From: Chiloscyllium plagiosum
Taxonomy: Eukaryota
NCBI RefSeq assembly: GCF_004010195.1
Contig: NC_057718.1
Span: 43,523,970-43,587,969, forward strand
Direction of reading: 5' to 3'
Length of the DNA stretch: 64,000 nucleotides
A program made the position numbers and the translations under genes. The notes below the pieces were generated by a model, which ran no database searches, had not been told where the DNA came from, and saw nothing but the letters and a program-made list of their open reading frames with translations. Shown piece by piece: positions 1 to 13,666 of this stretch. How positions within the stretch are numbered: position 1 is the stretch's first letter; each line of letters opens with the position of its first letter.

Positions 1-522
1 ATCAAACAAAGTTGTTTTGTATTTCTGCTTAGACACAAAGCTGATGTGTTTCCTATTGCATTGGGCAAGAAAGTCAAGGGAACAATTTTTGTAATTAGGT
101 TATAGACCTCCCCATAAACTCATATCACAGACATACAGCAGTTTATAGATTTGGCCTGCGTGGTCACCTGGGGGGCAGTTAGCAGGATATAGAAGCAGGC
201 AGCCTGCAAATCAAATGGAGAAAATGCTGACTATATTTGTCATGATACAGAATGAGGATGGGGGCTTGTGTCTAGACAGAAGGCTAAGTTTGTGAGCACT
301 TAATGGAGGCTGAAAGGTTTGCCTAGTTTGGAGCGAACATATATACTCTGTAATCCTCACAGGAAGGTGCAGTCCTGGCTGAGCAAGTTAAAATGAAACA
401 GATTATCTGGAGCTGAGAATATTTCTAGATTGGTTCCTGCAGGATGAAGTGTTCACGTGAGGGATAGAGTAACGTATAACAAAAGTAAGATAAATGGGAA
501 ATCTGTTTGTTGTTTAAAGCAT

Positions 523-804
523 GCATCCTGGCATTCTAACTGGAACTCCATCAATAAACACATCGATTTAGACCCTATCTACCTTACCTTGAAAGGAAAG
601 AACCGGAAGTGACATAACCCACCTTAAGAAACCAAGACCTATAAATAGAGAGGCGGGACATACCACCAATGCTTCACTGGAGATTCTCACTGATGATGTT
701 ACCTAGTCAGAGTAATGAAACATCTTGAAACTAGCCTCCCAGCTCAGCACGCTAACTTACATCCATATCATCAACCTGAGCTACAAATCTTCGCAAAAAT
801 CGCT
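523..804 (+). mobile_element. Penelope-like element 3' end (Poseidon-like family) with hammerhead-like core at about 686-728
   Basis: Encodes the endonuclease C-terminus (WHSNWNSINKHIDLDPIY) and is similar to 57470-57670 and 55960-56200 (-). Contains CTGATGA-hairpin-GAAAC. Confidence 0.75.
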
Positions 805-2225
805 AGGAAAAAATACTGTTTAGTCAACAGTGTTTTGATTTAGGTATTTGTTAGAATAAAAGTTTTTAAAATAGTGAAATCTCAAGACGTCATTCTTTCT
901 GACATCTACAACATTGAATTTCTCTTTAAAAATTGTCAGATTCAATGAAGGCCGAAGCACCCAGGAAGCTCAGAGCTTAAACACTACATACTGGTCACGG
1001 ATTGGTCACAGATGACATGATGAAGTTAGCCTCCATGTTTGCACTGGGAAGGATCAGCATGGACCTCTTTATGAAACCCTGGGACAAGTTGGTGTCTGGC
1101 TCTTTCATGCTCCTTCACAGTGACAAAAGTTCCTGTGGCTGGCATCTCAGTCTGTTTTGCCTATCATCATTCTCTACATCACTCCATTAATCCTCACCTG
1201 AGTCAGCTGCATGCAGAATGCATTTGTGACCTTCCCTTCCTGGGAAGCTGGTAACAATGCAATCCTTTTCTATTGGCGTGGGTATACTCTGCTCAGCCTT
1301 GCTGACTCAGCACATGCTGACCTGAATCTTTGAGTCTGTTACATTTCAGGATTGCCAATATCTGAGCTGGTAACAATAAGTGTCAGAGTAATTGATGGCG
1401 TTTTGTCATCAGCAGACCAGTGTAGGAGTTGTTGTGGTTGGCCTGGGGACAGTTCTTGGGTCTTTGAAAGCAGAGTGCAAAATGGGAGGGTAAAAATGAC
1501 AGCTGAAAATGCAGCCAAAAGGTCCGTGCTAATACTGTCTGCTGTATGGATTTCATACCAGATGGTCGGGTGAGACTCAAATGGAAGTTGAAAAAATGCA
1601 TAAGACAGGGATGTGTCTTTTTTTCTGGAATGTTCTTTGTGATAGTGAATGAAATAGCCTTAGTCATAAATGGCTTCATGATGTGAAACCTTTCCTCCTC
1701 CAGACTGCGCTGTTCTGCTGAAAACTGACCATAACTAATTTATCCCTACTTGTCACACTTCATGTGTTCCACTTTATGGATGCCAAATATGCCACAAGTG
1801 CAAATATGTATTTCACTCTTGAGATTGTTTGGCTGAAATTGAATTTTTGTATTCATTAAACAACAACAAAATACAACTGGACATGTATGGCATGAAACTC
1901 AGGAGCATGAGGGCAGAAATGATCAAAGAACTGCTAAATGTTTCTGAAAATTACACATGAGCAATGGTAGCAATGAACAAACAACTACCAATAATACAAC
2001 TAGCAAAAGTATTTTTTGTTTGGAAAGGGTTTTAGCTCCTAATTTGTTTTCTTGATAAACCAAGTTGCATACTGGTGGTAATAAGGTGTGTAACAGAATA
2101 AGACTATTTAGAAGTTCATAATTCACAATAAACTTTCCCTCAATATGCTGACCCAGTGCTCTATACAGTGCCTATTTGGCATGTACCTTTTAATCATAAT
2201 GACTTTTTTGATTACTATTTCACAG

Positions 2226-2288
2226 GCTCTGAGCAGTTCATTGGAGAATGCAAGATTTACGGTTCTCTCAAACAGCTCTCACAAACAG
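2226..2288 (+). pseudogene. USH2A: USH2A pseudo-exon (human exon 5 equivalent), 1-nt deletion
   Basis: Acceptor ttcacag and donor gtaaat are intact. Reads GSEQFIG, then after a one-base shift at about 2244-2247 (gga[a]gaatg) RMQDLRFSQTALTNR. Length 63 nt versus 64 nt recalled for human. Confidence 0.88.
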
Positions 2289-2572
2289 GTAAATACATCT
2301 CAGTAGTTTTTTTTAAGTGCAGCCTTATCATTGGCATTAACGTTTGATCAAAAATGTGAGTTAATAAGATAAATGTGAAGAGCCTTTTAAATTAAATTGC
2401 ATGCTATTTGATTTATTTTGCCTACTGAATTTGTATTTGTTTTCTTTTATTGTTGGTTTTAATATGACAGAGAAATTCATGAAGTGTTTTCTTGTAAATT
2501 TCCATACATGCACACCCAAATAAACTGTTGTTGACCAAGCTCCCATCCACAAGTTCATCCACGTTTACAAAG

Positions 2573-3072
2573 NNNNNNNNNNNNNNNNNNNNNNNNNNNN
2601 NNNNNNNNNNNNNNNNNNNNNNNNNNNNNNNNNNNNNNNNNNNNNNNNNNNNNNNNNNNNNNNNNNNNNNNNNNNNNNNNNNNNNNNNNNNNNNNNNNNN
2701 NNNNNNNNNNNNNNNNNNNNNNNNNNNNNNNNNNNNNNNNNNNNNNNNNNNNNNNNNNNNNNNNNNNNNNNNNNNNNNNNNNNNNNNNNNNNNNNNNNNN
2801 NNNNNNNNNNNNNNNNNNNNNNNNNNNNNNNNNNNNNNNNNNNNNNNNNNNNNNNNNNNNNNNNNNNNNNNNNNNNNNNNNNNNNNNNNNNNNNNNNNNN
2901 NNNNNNNNNNNNNNNNNNNNNNNNNNNNNNNNNNNNNNNNNNNNNNNNNNNNNNNNNNNNNNNNNNNNNNNNNNNNNNNNNNNNNNNNNNNNNNNNNNNN
3001 NNNNNNNNNNNNNNNNNNNNNNNNNNNNNNNNNNNNNNNNNNNNNNNNNNNNNNNNNNNNNNNNNNNNNNNN
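2573..3072. other. Assembly gap (500 N)
   Basis: Run of N. Confidence 1.
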
Positions 3073-3317
3073 TTCTTCCTGACCTCTTCGTCCCCACCCC
3101 CACTCCGGCCTATCACCCTCACCTTGACCTCTTTCCACCTATCGCATTTCCAATGCCCCTCCCCCAAGTCCCTCCTCCCTACCTTTTATCTTAGCCTGCT
3201 GGACATACTTTCCTCATTCCTGAAGATGGGCTCATGCCCGAAACGTCGATTCTCCTGCTCCCTCTGCTCCTGCTGCCTGACCTGCTGCGCTTTTCCAGCA
3301 ACACATTTTCAGCTCTG
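3073..3317 (+). mobile_element. Penelope-like element 3' end / pseudo-LTR abutting the gap
   Basis: Pyrimidine-rich tract followed by cctgaaga..gcccgaaacgtcgattctcctgctcc..tccagcaacacattttcagctctg, the same terminus as at 22922-23044. Confidence 0.85.
3216..3251 (+). ncRNA. Minimal type I hammerhead ribozyme motif in Penelope pseudo-LTR
   Basis: CTGAAGA (3220-3226), one extra nt, stem II gggc-tcat-gccc, GAAA, then CGTC (palindromic ACGT, GUC cleavage triplet at 3245-3247). Confidence 0.7.
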
Positions 3318-3477
3318 TCAAAGATGTCCCAATTTGTTGGTTTTCACTATGCCAGAGGGAGAATAAGGTAAAAATAACTGAAAAATGATAAGAGTGCAAA
3401 TTAAAATATTGTATCATTAATACAGGTATCATATGAACCTGGATTCTGTGAAATACTATACATTGCTTATGTGTATA

Positions 3478-4980
3478 TAAGAACAGAAGAGTTAGAAGCA
3501 GGCCTAGGCCATTTGACTCCTCAAGCCTGCATTGTATTCGACAAGATCCTGGCTGACTTAGCCCAAGTTATAAGTTCTCCTTCATACCAGCTCAGCATAG
3601 CCATCCATTATCTGATATTTCTAATATCTAACTACCATCACAACTCTCTGGAGTAAAGAGTTTCAGAGATTCACTACCGTCAGGGAAGAAATTCCTTCAC
3701 ATCTCAGTTTTATTCTGTAACTGTGTTCCTGTAGATTAAGATTTACTCAGTAGTGGAAAAATCTTTTCAACATCTACCCTGTCAAGTCACCTCAGAATCT
3801 TGCATGTTTCAGTAAGATCAACCTCACTCTTCTAAATCCTAACAAATAACCTATTTTGTCATTCTTGGTAAGTTGCTCCACTCATCCAAGGAATTAGCTG
3901 AGTGAATTGCTTTTAAACAGCTCTCAATGCCAATATGTCCTTTTATTAAATACAGGAACCAAATCTGTACACAGTATTCCATGTGCAGCCTCACCAGCAT
4001 CCTGTACAGTTGTGACAAGACTTCCCTCTTTGCAAACTCCAACCCTCCAGCAATAAAGGCTAAAAATTCCATTTGTCTTTTTAATGATTTAATGTGCCTG
4101 CATGCTAACTTGTGCTTTTTTACAGTCTCTCCACTTAAGCAACAGTCTGCCTTTCGACTCTTCTTACCAAAGTGCATGACCTCACATTTTTCCATATCAA
4201 AAGCTATCTGCCAACTCTAACATTTTCCAACAATAGATTTCCAATCCACGAGAGACTTCTCAGAATCCAGAAACTAAAATATTTTGACAAATGCCTCCAT
4301 TGTCTTTGCAACCACTTCCTTTAAAATTCTAGGATACAGGTGATCAAGTCCTAGCAATATGTCAGTCTTCAGTCCCATTAGTTTGTCAAACACTTCATCC
4401 CTTGTGTTAGAAACTGTTCAGGATGTTTCCTTCCATTCGCACCTTTTCTTCTCTTTGGAGTGCTTATAGTGTTGTGAACTGTAAGACCAATGCAAAGATG
4501 TTTGAACATTTCTACCTTTTCCCTATGCTACTTATCAATTACCCAAATGCATACCCCAAAAGGAGAACTTCCTTTAGCTCCTGTCATTTTATATACCTGT
4601 AGAAGCTCTTGCTGTTTGCTTTTCTTAAATTGCTAATTTATTTTCACAATCAATTTTCTAGCTCTTTATTAGCTTTTCGGTCATTCACTGCTGATTTGTT
4701 AAAAAATTCCCAATCCTGTGACCTATCACATGTTTTGACCCTTTGTATGTCATAGGTTTTGATAGGATACTCTCCTTGACCAATATTGTTCACCATGGGT
4801 AGTTCATCCCTCTCATCGAGTTGTTCTTCTTGTCCAGAATAAAATTGTGCTCAGCATCATGAAATATCTGCTTAAATATCTTTCACTGCTGACCCACTGA
4901 TTTTGCCCTTAGTCTATTTTCCCATTCTGTTTTAGACAACTGTTTCTTCATATCTCTGCAATTGTCCTTATTTAAATAGA
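3478..4980 (-). mobile_element. Degenerate CR1 LINE
   Basis: Minus ORF 3851-4195 has CR1 RT C-terminal motifs (KCEVMHFG, LYRMLVRLHMEYCVQIW); CR1-type 3' tail near 3480-3560. Confidence 0.8.
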
Positions 4981-5014
4981 GGGACAGACCGATGAGAGGT
5001 GGCAGCACGGTGAC

Positions 5015-5350
5015 AGTTACAAGATGCTCTGCAACACCTTACCAAAGTTTTTGATGGTACTCTCCAAATCCATGAACTCTGTTACCTGGAAAACGAAGGA
5101 CAACTGAAGTATGGGAATATCATCACTTTCAGTTTTCCCTACACATTCTCGATTATCCTGATTTGGCAATATATTGCCAGTCTTTCATTGCCATTGGACT
5201 ACTTTGCTAGAAACACAATAGTAGTATCTTCACTGTTGAACAGAATGGTTCATAATGGAGACTCTCTGTCATTTTCCAAAGGGTAATTAGAGATGGGCAA
5301 CAAATGCTGATCTTGCCAGCAATGTCCACAACACATGAAAGAATAAAGAA
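5015..5350 (+). mobile_element. LINE 3' end fragment with a tail shared with the Deu-core SINEs
   Basis: Ends in gatgggcaacaaatgctgatcttgccagcaatgtccacaacacatgaaagaataaa, similar to 37100-37170 and 40300-40370. Confidence 0.6.
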
Positions 5351-7781
5351 ATTTTAAAACAAATATTAAATTCTGCTATCGTTTCTGGCTCTGAAACTCT
5401 TTCCACCTCTGCATTGCAGTCAACATGCAGAAGGCAATGTACTAGCAATTACTTTCTAAGCTGAAAGTTTCTGTTCATTGGCTTGAATTGAGATCTGATG
5501 TTACTACGCCAATATAACATGACTCCACAAATGGATCCAACTTTCTTGTTGACCTGAATCTCTGTTCTAGGGTAAATGAAATTCCTTTTAAAGGAAGCTT
5601 AAATAGGTTTCAGTATAAGTGGCTATTCGAAGGTTAAAGCTCTCCACTTTTCAAGGGGGATCGGAAACTAGCGCCCTTTGCAAAGCCTCCCTGGTCATTG
5701 ATCAGCTACTGCTCACATGTTGAAGTTTCTTGGCTGGTGACTTCTCAGGGATGCAGCTCCACACTAATGGAACAAACCATTCTTTCCCTGATTCTGCAGG
5801 CTACCAGGAGCAACCCTTGATTGTTTGTCTCGGTTAATGCCTGTTTTGTTAACATCATATTTATCTGGTAAAAATAGTCAGAGTATCTTAAATACTTTAC
5901 ATTGATAAAATTTAAGATGTAAAAGGATTTAAATGTGGCAAAATTGGATCGTCTTCACACTTTCACAAATAATCAGCACACAGTCAAAGAGATATTTGAC
6001 AATAGTGGTGGGTTTTCATTACTATCGGACTATGAAAGCTATTTAATTCAAAACTAATACAAGGAACAATCTCTAAATTATTGTGCTTAAAGCAGTACTG
6101 CTGACAGTAGTAAACTCTGTAATTTGTCTAAGTTGTGAGGAGTTCAAACAACTCCCGAATTCAAATTAATCAAAGCGGGATTTTTATAACATTCTGTAAC
6201 ATACATGTGATTGAAAGTTCTGAGCTGTTTTGAACCCCACCAGCCTGTCTACCATGCTAATCTGCACCTGTGCCTGTGGTGCATTATTCTTCCTTGTCCT
6301 CTAAGGTTTGTGCAGCTTTAACATAGCTGGCAATATCTTATTCTACTGCTTCCCTCTATCGTGTAACTGCAAGGCACTGCCCTGACTTAGTTTCACTTCT
6401 TATCCTATACTAATGGTCAGATTTCATGTTTATTAAGTTAACAGCTAAATCTGCCTTTCATTTGTTTGTCTGATACTCTGTCTTGTGGAGGAATTGTCCT
6501 CTGACATCTCCTATATGGGATGGTACAGACTGTATATCTGGACTTTGCTCAGCAGAAGCACAGTTATGCACTGTCTCAAACATTATTATTTTAACTATTA
6601 ATACAGATATTAAGTAAGAAACATAACTTGACCTGTTCTAAAATCTTTGGATGTTCCAGTTGGCCAGAACAAGTGGCACCAAAAATCAGTTGCATCTTTA
6701 GACAGTTTCTTCCTGTTAGATTAGGACATGTGGCTCTCAGATGTCTTCAGTATAAGAGATTGGTATAACTCAACTCTCACCTCCTTTGTGCCTACACTCT
6801 CTTTGTTACCTTCAGCTGTAAACCATAATGATCAGTCCCTCAGCCTGCTTAGACCCTTTGTTGTTCATGTTTTGCTGAAAGCTTAATAGGGTTACCTCAT
6901 GATACCTTTACTTGCTGCTGCTATTCAGCGGTTTCTCATCTCAAAATCATATATAAAACCATCTAGTCAGTTCCTCTGATTCTATAGCAACAACAAAAAA
7001 ATTAGTCTTTTGTTCAGCAACTGCCTTTGCCATGAATGTTAATGTTGTTATATCTGTCTTTCAATGTTATCTCTCTATTTCTTAGCTTGCAGATAATGTG
7101 ATTTAACTATGATTAAAGTTCTTCTTATTTTTGAGGATGCATAAAACAGATTTTCCCTTCATTTGGATAGGTTGTCAACTCCTTTATTTAATATTGGAAA
7201 GCCTAAAACCATAGTTTTTGATGCCTACTTTAAACTATGCTCTCTCGCCATGAATGAATTTCCCCTTTGTGAATATTGAATGATCAAAGTGGCTGTACGT
7301 GGTGAAAATCTCTTTACAGTTTGTATTCTTGGGTAATATTCATCAGTATTATGATGGAAATTTGTGTTTTAGATGAGGATAAGTTCAATTGAACAGGCAA
7401 TGGACGATGTCACCAACAATATGAAGTGTAATATTTTTCTGTGCGTAGAAATGATAATCAAGAAACAGAAGAACAAGCAAAAGTACTATTGTCATTGTTT
7501 TTGAAAATCACAGGAAGTCCCCAAATCCAGCTCTGATTTTGCTTTATGACCAAATACAAGTTCAGTTTCAAATCTGCAAGTGACAGGGGCCTAGCACAAA
7601 CTTGAGATATGGGATCATTCAACATTTTATGTTTCAGCTAATTTCAATGAATATGATTATAAATTGTTTTGGATACGGCATCTTTATCAGTATGTTTAAA
7701 CTTTAATTGCACTGAAGTCTTTGTGTAAATTTGCAAAACTTTTTGAAAGTTGTGTTTCCTTCCCTTTTATATTATTTGTAG

Positions 7782-7969
7782 GTCTTCTATATTATTTTGC
7801 AGTTTAGTAGCCCTTAGTCAGAAGTTGTTAAGATTCGAAGGGAAATGACAGGAAACTCTGAATAGCTAGATTGGCAGTATTTTGCTTGAGACTGCATAAG
7901 TACCTTTGGAATAGTCAATAATAGCCCTCTTGAACATCCTGATGCTGTGAATTGCCTTCGGTTTCCTCA
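7782..7969 (+). pseudogene. USH2A: USH2A pseudo-exon (exon 7 equivalent, LN domain), 3 stops and a mutated donor
   Basis: VFYIILQFSSP*SEVVKIRREMTGNSE*LDWQYFA*DCISTFGIVNNSPLEHPDAVNCLRFP. TAG 7815-7817, TAG 7863-7865, TGA 7887-7889. Acceptor tag intact; the expected donor reads atatgt at 7970. Confidence 0.93.
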
Positions 7970-10469
7970 ATATGTTTATACTCCTTGAAATCACAATTGA
8001 GAATTATATTTCCACATTGCAATGTAGCTATTGTATCTGCCCATCTTGACTAGCAATGCTCTACAAAAGGGCTTTATTGAGCTTAACCCATTGCTGAATT
8101 TGTATGATAACTTCAAACATTTGTCTACTTTCACCTTAAAATCATTTATAAAATCATATTAGATGTAAAATGTGTGCCATTTTGTTTTTATGATATACAG
8201 TTTACAAAACCATTTTCTAATCATCGATGAATTACATATCCAATTTTATGTCATAATGGTTGTTTACCCTTTTAAGCTCCATAGATGCCACAACTAACCT
8301 AAATGCAATATCACACACACACAAATTATTCCATATCTAGCATATGTGTGAAGGATGGGATGATTATTCCAATGAATACATTAGAATGTGCAAAGTGCTG
8401 ATCATTGAGAATTTTTTTAAAAATCTGTTTTTCAATATTTCTACAATCCTCTTTCTTTCAGTAGTTTATTTAACCTCTGTCCTTTACATCTGTCGGTTCT
8501 CATTATCTTGATTTAAAAAAATTTCAATATTAGTCATGTTCTACCCTTTTCCATTTAATTTATAAAGCTGCTTAATGTCATTGCCTACTTAAATAAATTG
8601 CCTGATAAATTGGGTGTGATAATAAGAAGGTTGTACTTCAGTACAGATGTAAAAAAGATAAAGGGTCACAGAACATTTCTTCATTACCAGTGCTCAGTGA
8701 ATACAATAGAGAGCTGTGAACTAGTTGTAATGTTTGTTTGGCTATAAAATAGAAAGAAAAATAGTCAAGTTAACTGCTTGAACCTTCTCCACCATTCTGT
8801 GACCAATCTGCAAACTAACTCTAAACAACTGCTTTTGTCAAAAAATCCTTAATACTTGTGATTAAGAAAAATCCATGAATCACACATATGAAATTAACAA
8901 TTGATCTCATATCAGATGCATTTTTTAGAAAAAGAACCTTTCTACATCAAAGTGCTTACTGATTTTGCACCTGACTGGTCTTAATCTAATGTTTAGGCTA
9001 TGCCCCCTACAGCAAGACTGCTCAAACAGCCAACATAGTTTGCTTCTACCTACCACAAGATTTTTGCTCCAAGATTTTCTGATGCTGTGGTGGTTACCTT
9101 CCTCGGGAAAGCTAAAAGCAAGAAGGACGTGATCTATCCATAACAGGCCCTTTTTAAAACAAACTTTACAAAGGCAAAGGAACTGGACTGTGCTGGCAAA
9201 TAATGTGAGGAATGAAGTTCCAAAGACCTGGATGCGGTGCCACAAAACGTTCAGGAACTTCACAGGAGTAGTGTCAATGAGTGTATCTTTAAGTGACATA
9301 TCCCCTTAACTGTGCTGCTCATCTCACACACTCCTCGATGCACTAGTCCCCATCACTCACTTACCATCAATCTCCAACAGTCATAGGATATTGGTTGCTT
9401 TGCAGTTCAAAAAAAAAGATCCCTTTTGAACAGGTCTTTTCTTCCCCAGAAGATATCCCAATGATCCAAAACTCTGAATTCTTGTACATTGCACCATCTC
9501 TTTGGCTATTGATTTATCTGCCCTATCTTTTTTATTCTTGCTGTCATTAGAACATAGCATATGGATTAAACAAGAGATTACTACCTTTGAGGTTCTGCTT
9601 TACTCAGCAAAGCCTTAACCCTTTTCCTAACTATGACATTCTTACAAATGTGTACAATAACTTCCGGCTGCTCACTCTCCCCTTTAACAATATTCTTCAA
9701 GTGTTTTTTTACCCCTGACACCAGGAAGGCAACATACTATGCTGAATTCCTGGTCACGGTTGCAGAACCTCCTGTCTGTGCCCCTGATGGGAGAGCCCCC
9801 TATAACAATGATCTTTTAAATCTTGACCCGGCTTAGCATAAGATTCATTCTCAGTGCCCAAGATCTGACTGACACTTATATTTCCCTCTGAGAGACTATC
9901 CCCTTCAACAGTACCCAAAACAAAACATCTGTGTGAGAGAGGAATAGCTACAAACCTTTCTTGACAGTCATAACTGTCTGACTGATCCTGCTGTGTAATA
10001 TGTCTCTAAATTTACTAACTATTACACTCTGTTGTCTCCTGGATGCCCTCAATGACAATAAGCCTAAAAAGAAATTCTTAAAAGATCGTCAGATATTAAA
10101 AACCACTCTTTCTTACCCCTACAGATTTTAATTTTGCCAAGACAAAAAGATTAAATATTTAAAATATTCAAAAAAAATCAAGCACTTAGCTGAAACTCCC
10201 ATCAACCAAAAAAGCATCTGAGCCTGTAAATTACTGTGTGTGGGAGGGAGTGGCGGGGGTGGGGGGGGGGGGGGCGGAGAAGGTGGGCAGGTGGTTGTAG
10301 AGGGGCCCCTATGTAACAGTGAAAATAGAAAGACAAATAAACATGATTCTGAATCAATAAGGACCTTGTTACTTTGTAAAGGTAGACAAGATCAAGTCAG
10401 AGAATGAGGCAACTCTGAAGATTAAGTTGTATTTATTTCAATGTTAGCGGTCTTACAGGTAGGGCTGAT

Positions 10470-11000
10470 GACCTCAGGGCATGTATGGGAGTGGGGCATG
10501 ATAGTATTACAGAGACCTGGCTGAAGGAAGTATAGGACTGGCAGCTTAATATTCCAGGTTTTAGATGCTTTAGGAAAGATAGAAAGGGAGACAAGAGAGG
10601 AGAGGGAGTGGTGTTTTTGATTAAGAAAATTATTATGACTGCATTTAGAGAGAATATTCTTGAAGGTCATCCAAAGAAGCTGTGCAGGTAGAAATTAGAA
10701 AAAAGAAAGGGATGATCACCTTGATGGGATTCTACAAAAGCTCCCATTAGTCAGAGGGAAATTGAGGAGCAAAATATGTAGATAGATCTCAGATATATGT
10801 AAGAATAATTGTATTGTAATGGGAAGAGGTTTTCATTTACCAAAGATTGACTGGGACTACCATAGTGTTACGGGCTTGGATGGTGAGGAATGTAAATGTT
10901 CAATATAATTTTCTTCATCAATATGTAAATGTATTTACCAGAGAAGGAGCGAAACTTGACCTTCTCTTAGGAAATAAAGCAGAGCAAGTGACTGAAGTGT
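10470..11000 (+). mobile_element. CR1 LINE endonuclease-region fragment
   Basis: Degenerate CR1 ORF2 N-terminal motifs (actggcagcttaatattccagg; gattgactggga; aaacttgaccttctcttaggaaat). Confidence 0.6.
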
Positions 11001-12507
11001 TTGTACTGCAGTGGTTGAAAATCTGATCTACAAGGATGTCTCAGTCTCAGAAATGAAAAGACCACCCTGTAGCATAAAACACCAATGCAAGCCTAGTGGA
11101 GGGAAATTCAATACAATCACTCAGATTCTTTGCACCTGAATCCAAAGTTGTAAGAAATCTGCTAGTAGCAGGAACAAGGCAAGGTGAGTGTTCTGCTCAT
11201 CTTTGCATGTTTTTGTGGAGCTTATCAGATACTGCACACATATAATTTCGGAATTCCGGTGTGGTATCATTTGGTTGTTGTTCTCAATTGTATTTTTGCT
11301 TTGTTTTGTTAGCCCCAAAGTGTTTGGTTAAGGCATGTGCCATAGCATGCTTGATTATTCAGCAGATGATTTAGAGTAAAAGCTAAACTGTGCTAATGGC
11401 ATAAGCAATACTATTTTGACATTTAAGTAATTTATTAAAGCATCCCAAGCCAAATTCACACAGTCAGCTTAGGCTCCACCATGACGTAAAGCTCCCAAAT
11501 TAAAAATAAGATGCACGCTGAGCCACTACACCATGCACCTGGTAGATCAGAAGTATTTCTGCAAGTTGTTGCTGTTGCGTTTTCTTTTTCGGTTTTCATT
11601 TCCCCCTTTGGTGCAATTTGCTCCAGGCATTAGTTGGCTTTGCTAGATAAGCCTCAGTTTTGCATTTTTGCTTATTTCATTTCCACTGGCAAAATGGCTT
11701 TGATTATTCATGGTTGCTACTGGCATTTAAACTCCTTTCGCAAGGAAGTGATGATGGCTTGTCTTTAGTGTGAACTCAGCTCTCTGTGCAACAGTGGCAT
11801 ACTGCCCAAGTAGTCACAGTTGCAGAGTCTTTTTGCCAGGACTGTGTTATCAGTGCCTGATTTGATGTTATTGCTTGAGATAAACAATCCATCATCGTGT
11901 TAATTTCTGTCAGTCAAAGAGCAAGAATTGTACTGGAGCAACAAAACAAGGCTAATGTTTTCTGTCTCTGAGACGAGATAAAGAAATTCATGTGGTGTCA
12001 TTAACCCACTCAATTGAGAAGGAACTGGGCTGCTAGGCAATTAAAATTGCTCAGCTCATTCTCCCTGCCCTGGAGCTGCTGGAACGTGTGGGATTTGAAT
12101 CCGTGGAACTGAGCATGCCACTCAACTAATAATGGAACAACACTTTTTGTTTGCTAAGTGATGTCACCAGGACCTAACAGCAACTTTAACACCGTTGTCT
12201 GTATGGGAAGCAGCAGTGAATTTTCTGCCAGGCCAGCTTAGTGTGCAGAAGATCAAGGCCAGAAGAGGAAATCTCAGAGCTTCATGAGAAAAGCTTAAGT
12301 TGTCCTCTACAATTGAAATCCCTGACACCCCTGCAACCAGCTGTGAGACCCCTGCAGGATATGTGTGCCTCTGCTGGAAATTGAAAGAGTAAGAAGCAAC
12401 CTGGTTGATCCATAAGATTCTGAGGGGTCTTGGGGTAAACGTGGAAATGATATTTCCGCTTATGGGAGTAAGGGTCACTGATTAAAATAGGGGGTCATCT
12501 ATTTAAG

Positions 12508-12712
12508 GAGAAAGTGAGGACTGCAGATGCTGGAAATCAGAGCTGAGAAATGTGTTGCTGGAAAAGCGCAGCAGGTCAGGCAGCATCCAAGGAGCAGGAG
12601 AATCGACGTTTCGGGCATGAGCCTGAAGAAGGGCTTATGCCCAAAACGTCGATTCTCCTGCTCCTTGGATGCTGCCTGACCTGCTGCGCTTTTCCAGCAT
12701 CACATTTTCAGC
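12508..12712. mobile_element. Short fold-back Penelope pseudo-LTR insertion with 15-bp TSD, inside a CR1 3' fragment
   Basis: Two opposed pLTR arms; direct repeat ggtcatctatttaag at 12493-12507 and 12713-12727. Confidence 0.9.
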
Positions 12713-13666
12713 GGTCATCTATTTAAGACAGATATGAGGAGAATTTTTTTTATTAGAGTAGGTTATGAGTCTTAGAATTCCTCAAAAATCAGTAGAAGCA
12801 GTCTTGGAACATTTTTAAGACAGAGGTGGATAAGCAAAGACATCAAATGTTATCAGATACAGACAGTGAAGTGGAATAATCCGATCAGGCATGAAGTAAT
12901 TGGATGGTGGAGGGGTTCAAGCAGCCTACTTCTGCTTGATGTGTTTATATGATTTCTGTCTACTTTTATATCATAGATATTAATGTGAGGATTATATCAG
13001 TGAATGGTAAAAGCAGCATGGTTTTAATGGGGAATTTTAATTTTCATGTAGATTGGGATATGCATACAAGCTCATGTCAGAAATACAGCATATTTCCTGA
13101 GTATGTTCAGGATAGTTTTCTGTAACAATGTGTGGAATCCTGTTTCTATCAGACTAAAAGTGGAGCTGGACCAACAACGGAAGGTTTGGGTTCTGCTTGA
13201 GGACTGTTTTTGCTTGAAATGACAATGAGAGAAATCTTGACTGCTGAGGCAGCCTGGACAGTGGTGGCTGTGGAGGTCAGTGCTGATTGATAACTCAAGG
13301 AAACCTGGTCCCAGTTTTGCAAGGTGATAAGCTCTGCCAGGGTATGTGGTACTGTCTATATAATGCTACATGCCCCTTAGCATTTTAAGTTTGCCATCAC
13401 AGAGCGCATACCAGGTATCTCCCTCAGATGCCTCCGATTCAAGTAAGAGTGCCATTTCATTGTAGCTATTACTAAAGTGCTACTTACACCACGGTGGTAC
13501 TGCATCTTTTACATCTGCCAGGACCCAAAATTAAACATGAAAGGAGCTTCTGCACTAAGCAGCTCATATACCATCAGCTCACTAACCTTTCTTCACAACT
13601 AAGAGAATGTACACCACTGAACGCTTCTCACCAATGGTGTACATGGGACATAAATACAATCCTTAG

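Noticed and set aside
1200..1720. Possible Harbinger transposon debris (also 60660-61320 and 62500-63120)
   Set aside because: Too degenerate to support by eye.
2422..3167. Long ORFs spanning N runs (also 22426-23012 and 25015-25365)
   Set aside because: Artefacts of translating gaps.
5370..5570. Faint usherin exon 6-like words (QSTCR; NIT*L..VDL)
   Set aside because: Needs several frameshifts and large deletions and is far weaker than the genuine pseudo-exons; likely chance.
7380..7700. Other exon 6-like words (DDVTNN, NDN, TIVIVFEN)
   Set aside because: Wrong spacing, mixed frames, AT-rich; not supportable without an alignment score.
10241..10290. Poly-G run, potential G-quadruplex
   Set aside because: Simple low-complexity run with no supporting context.
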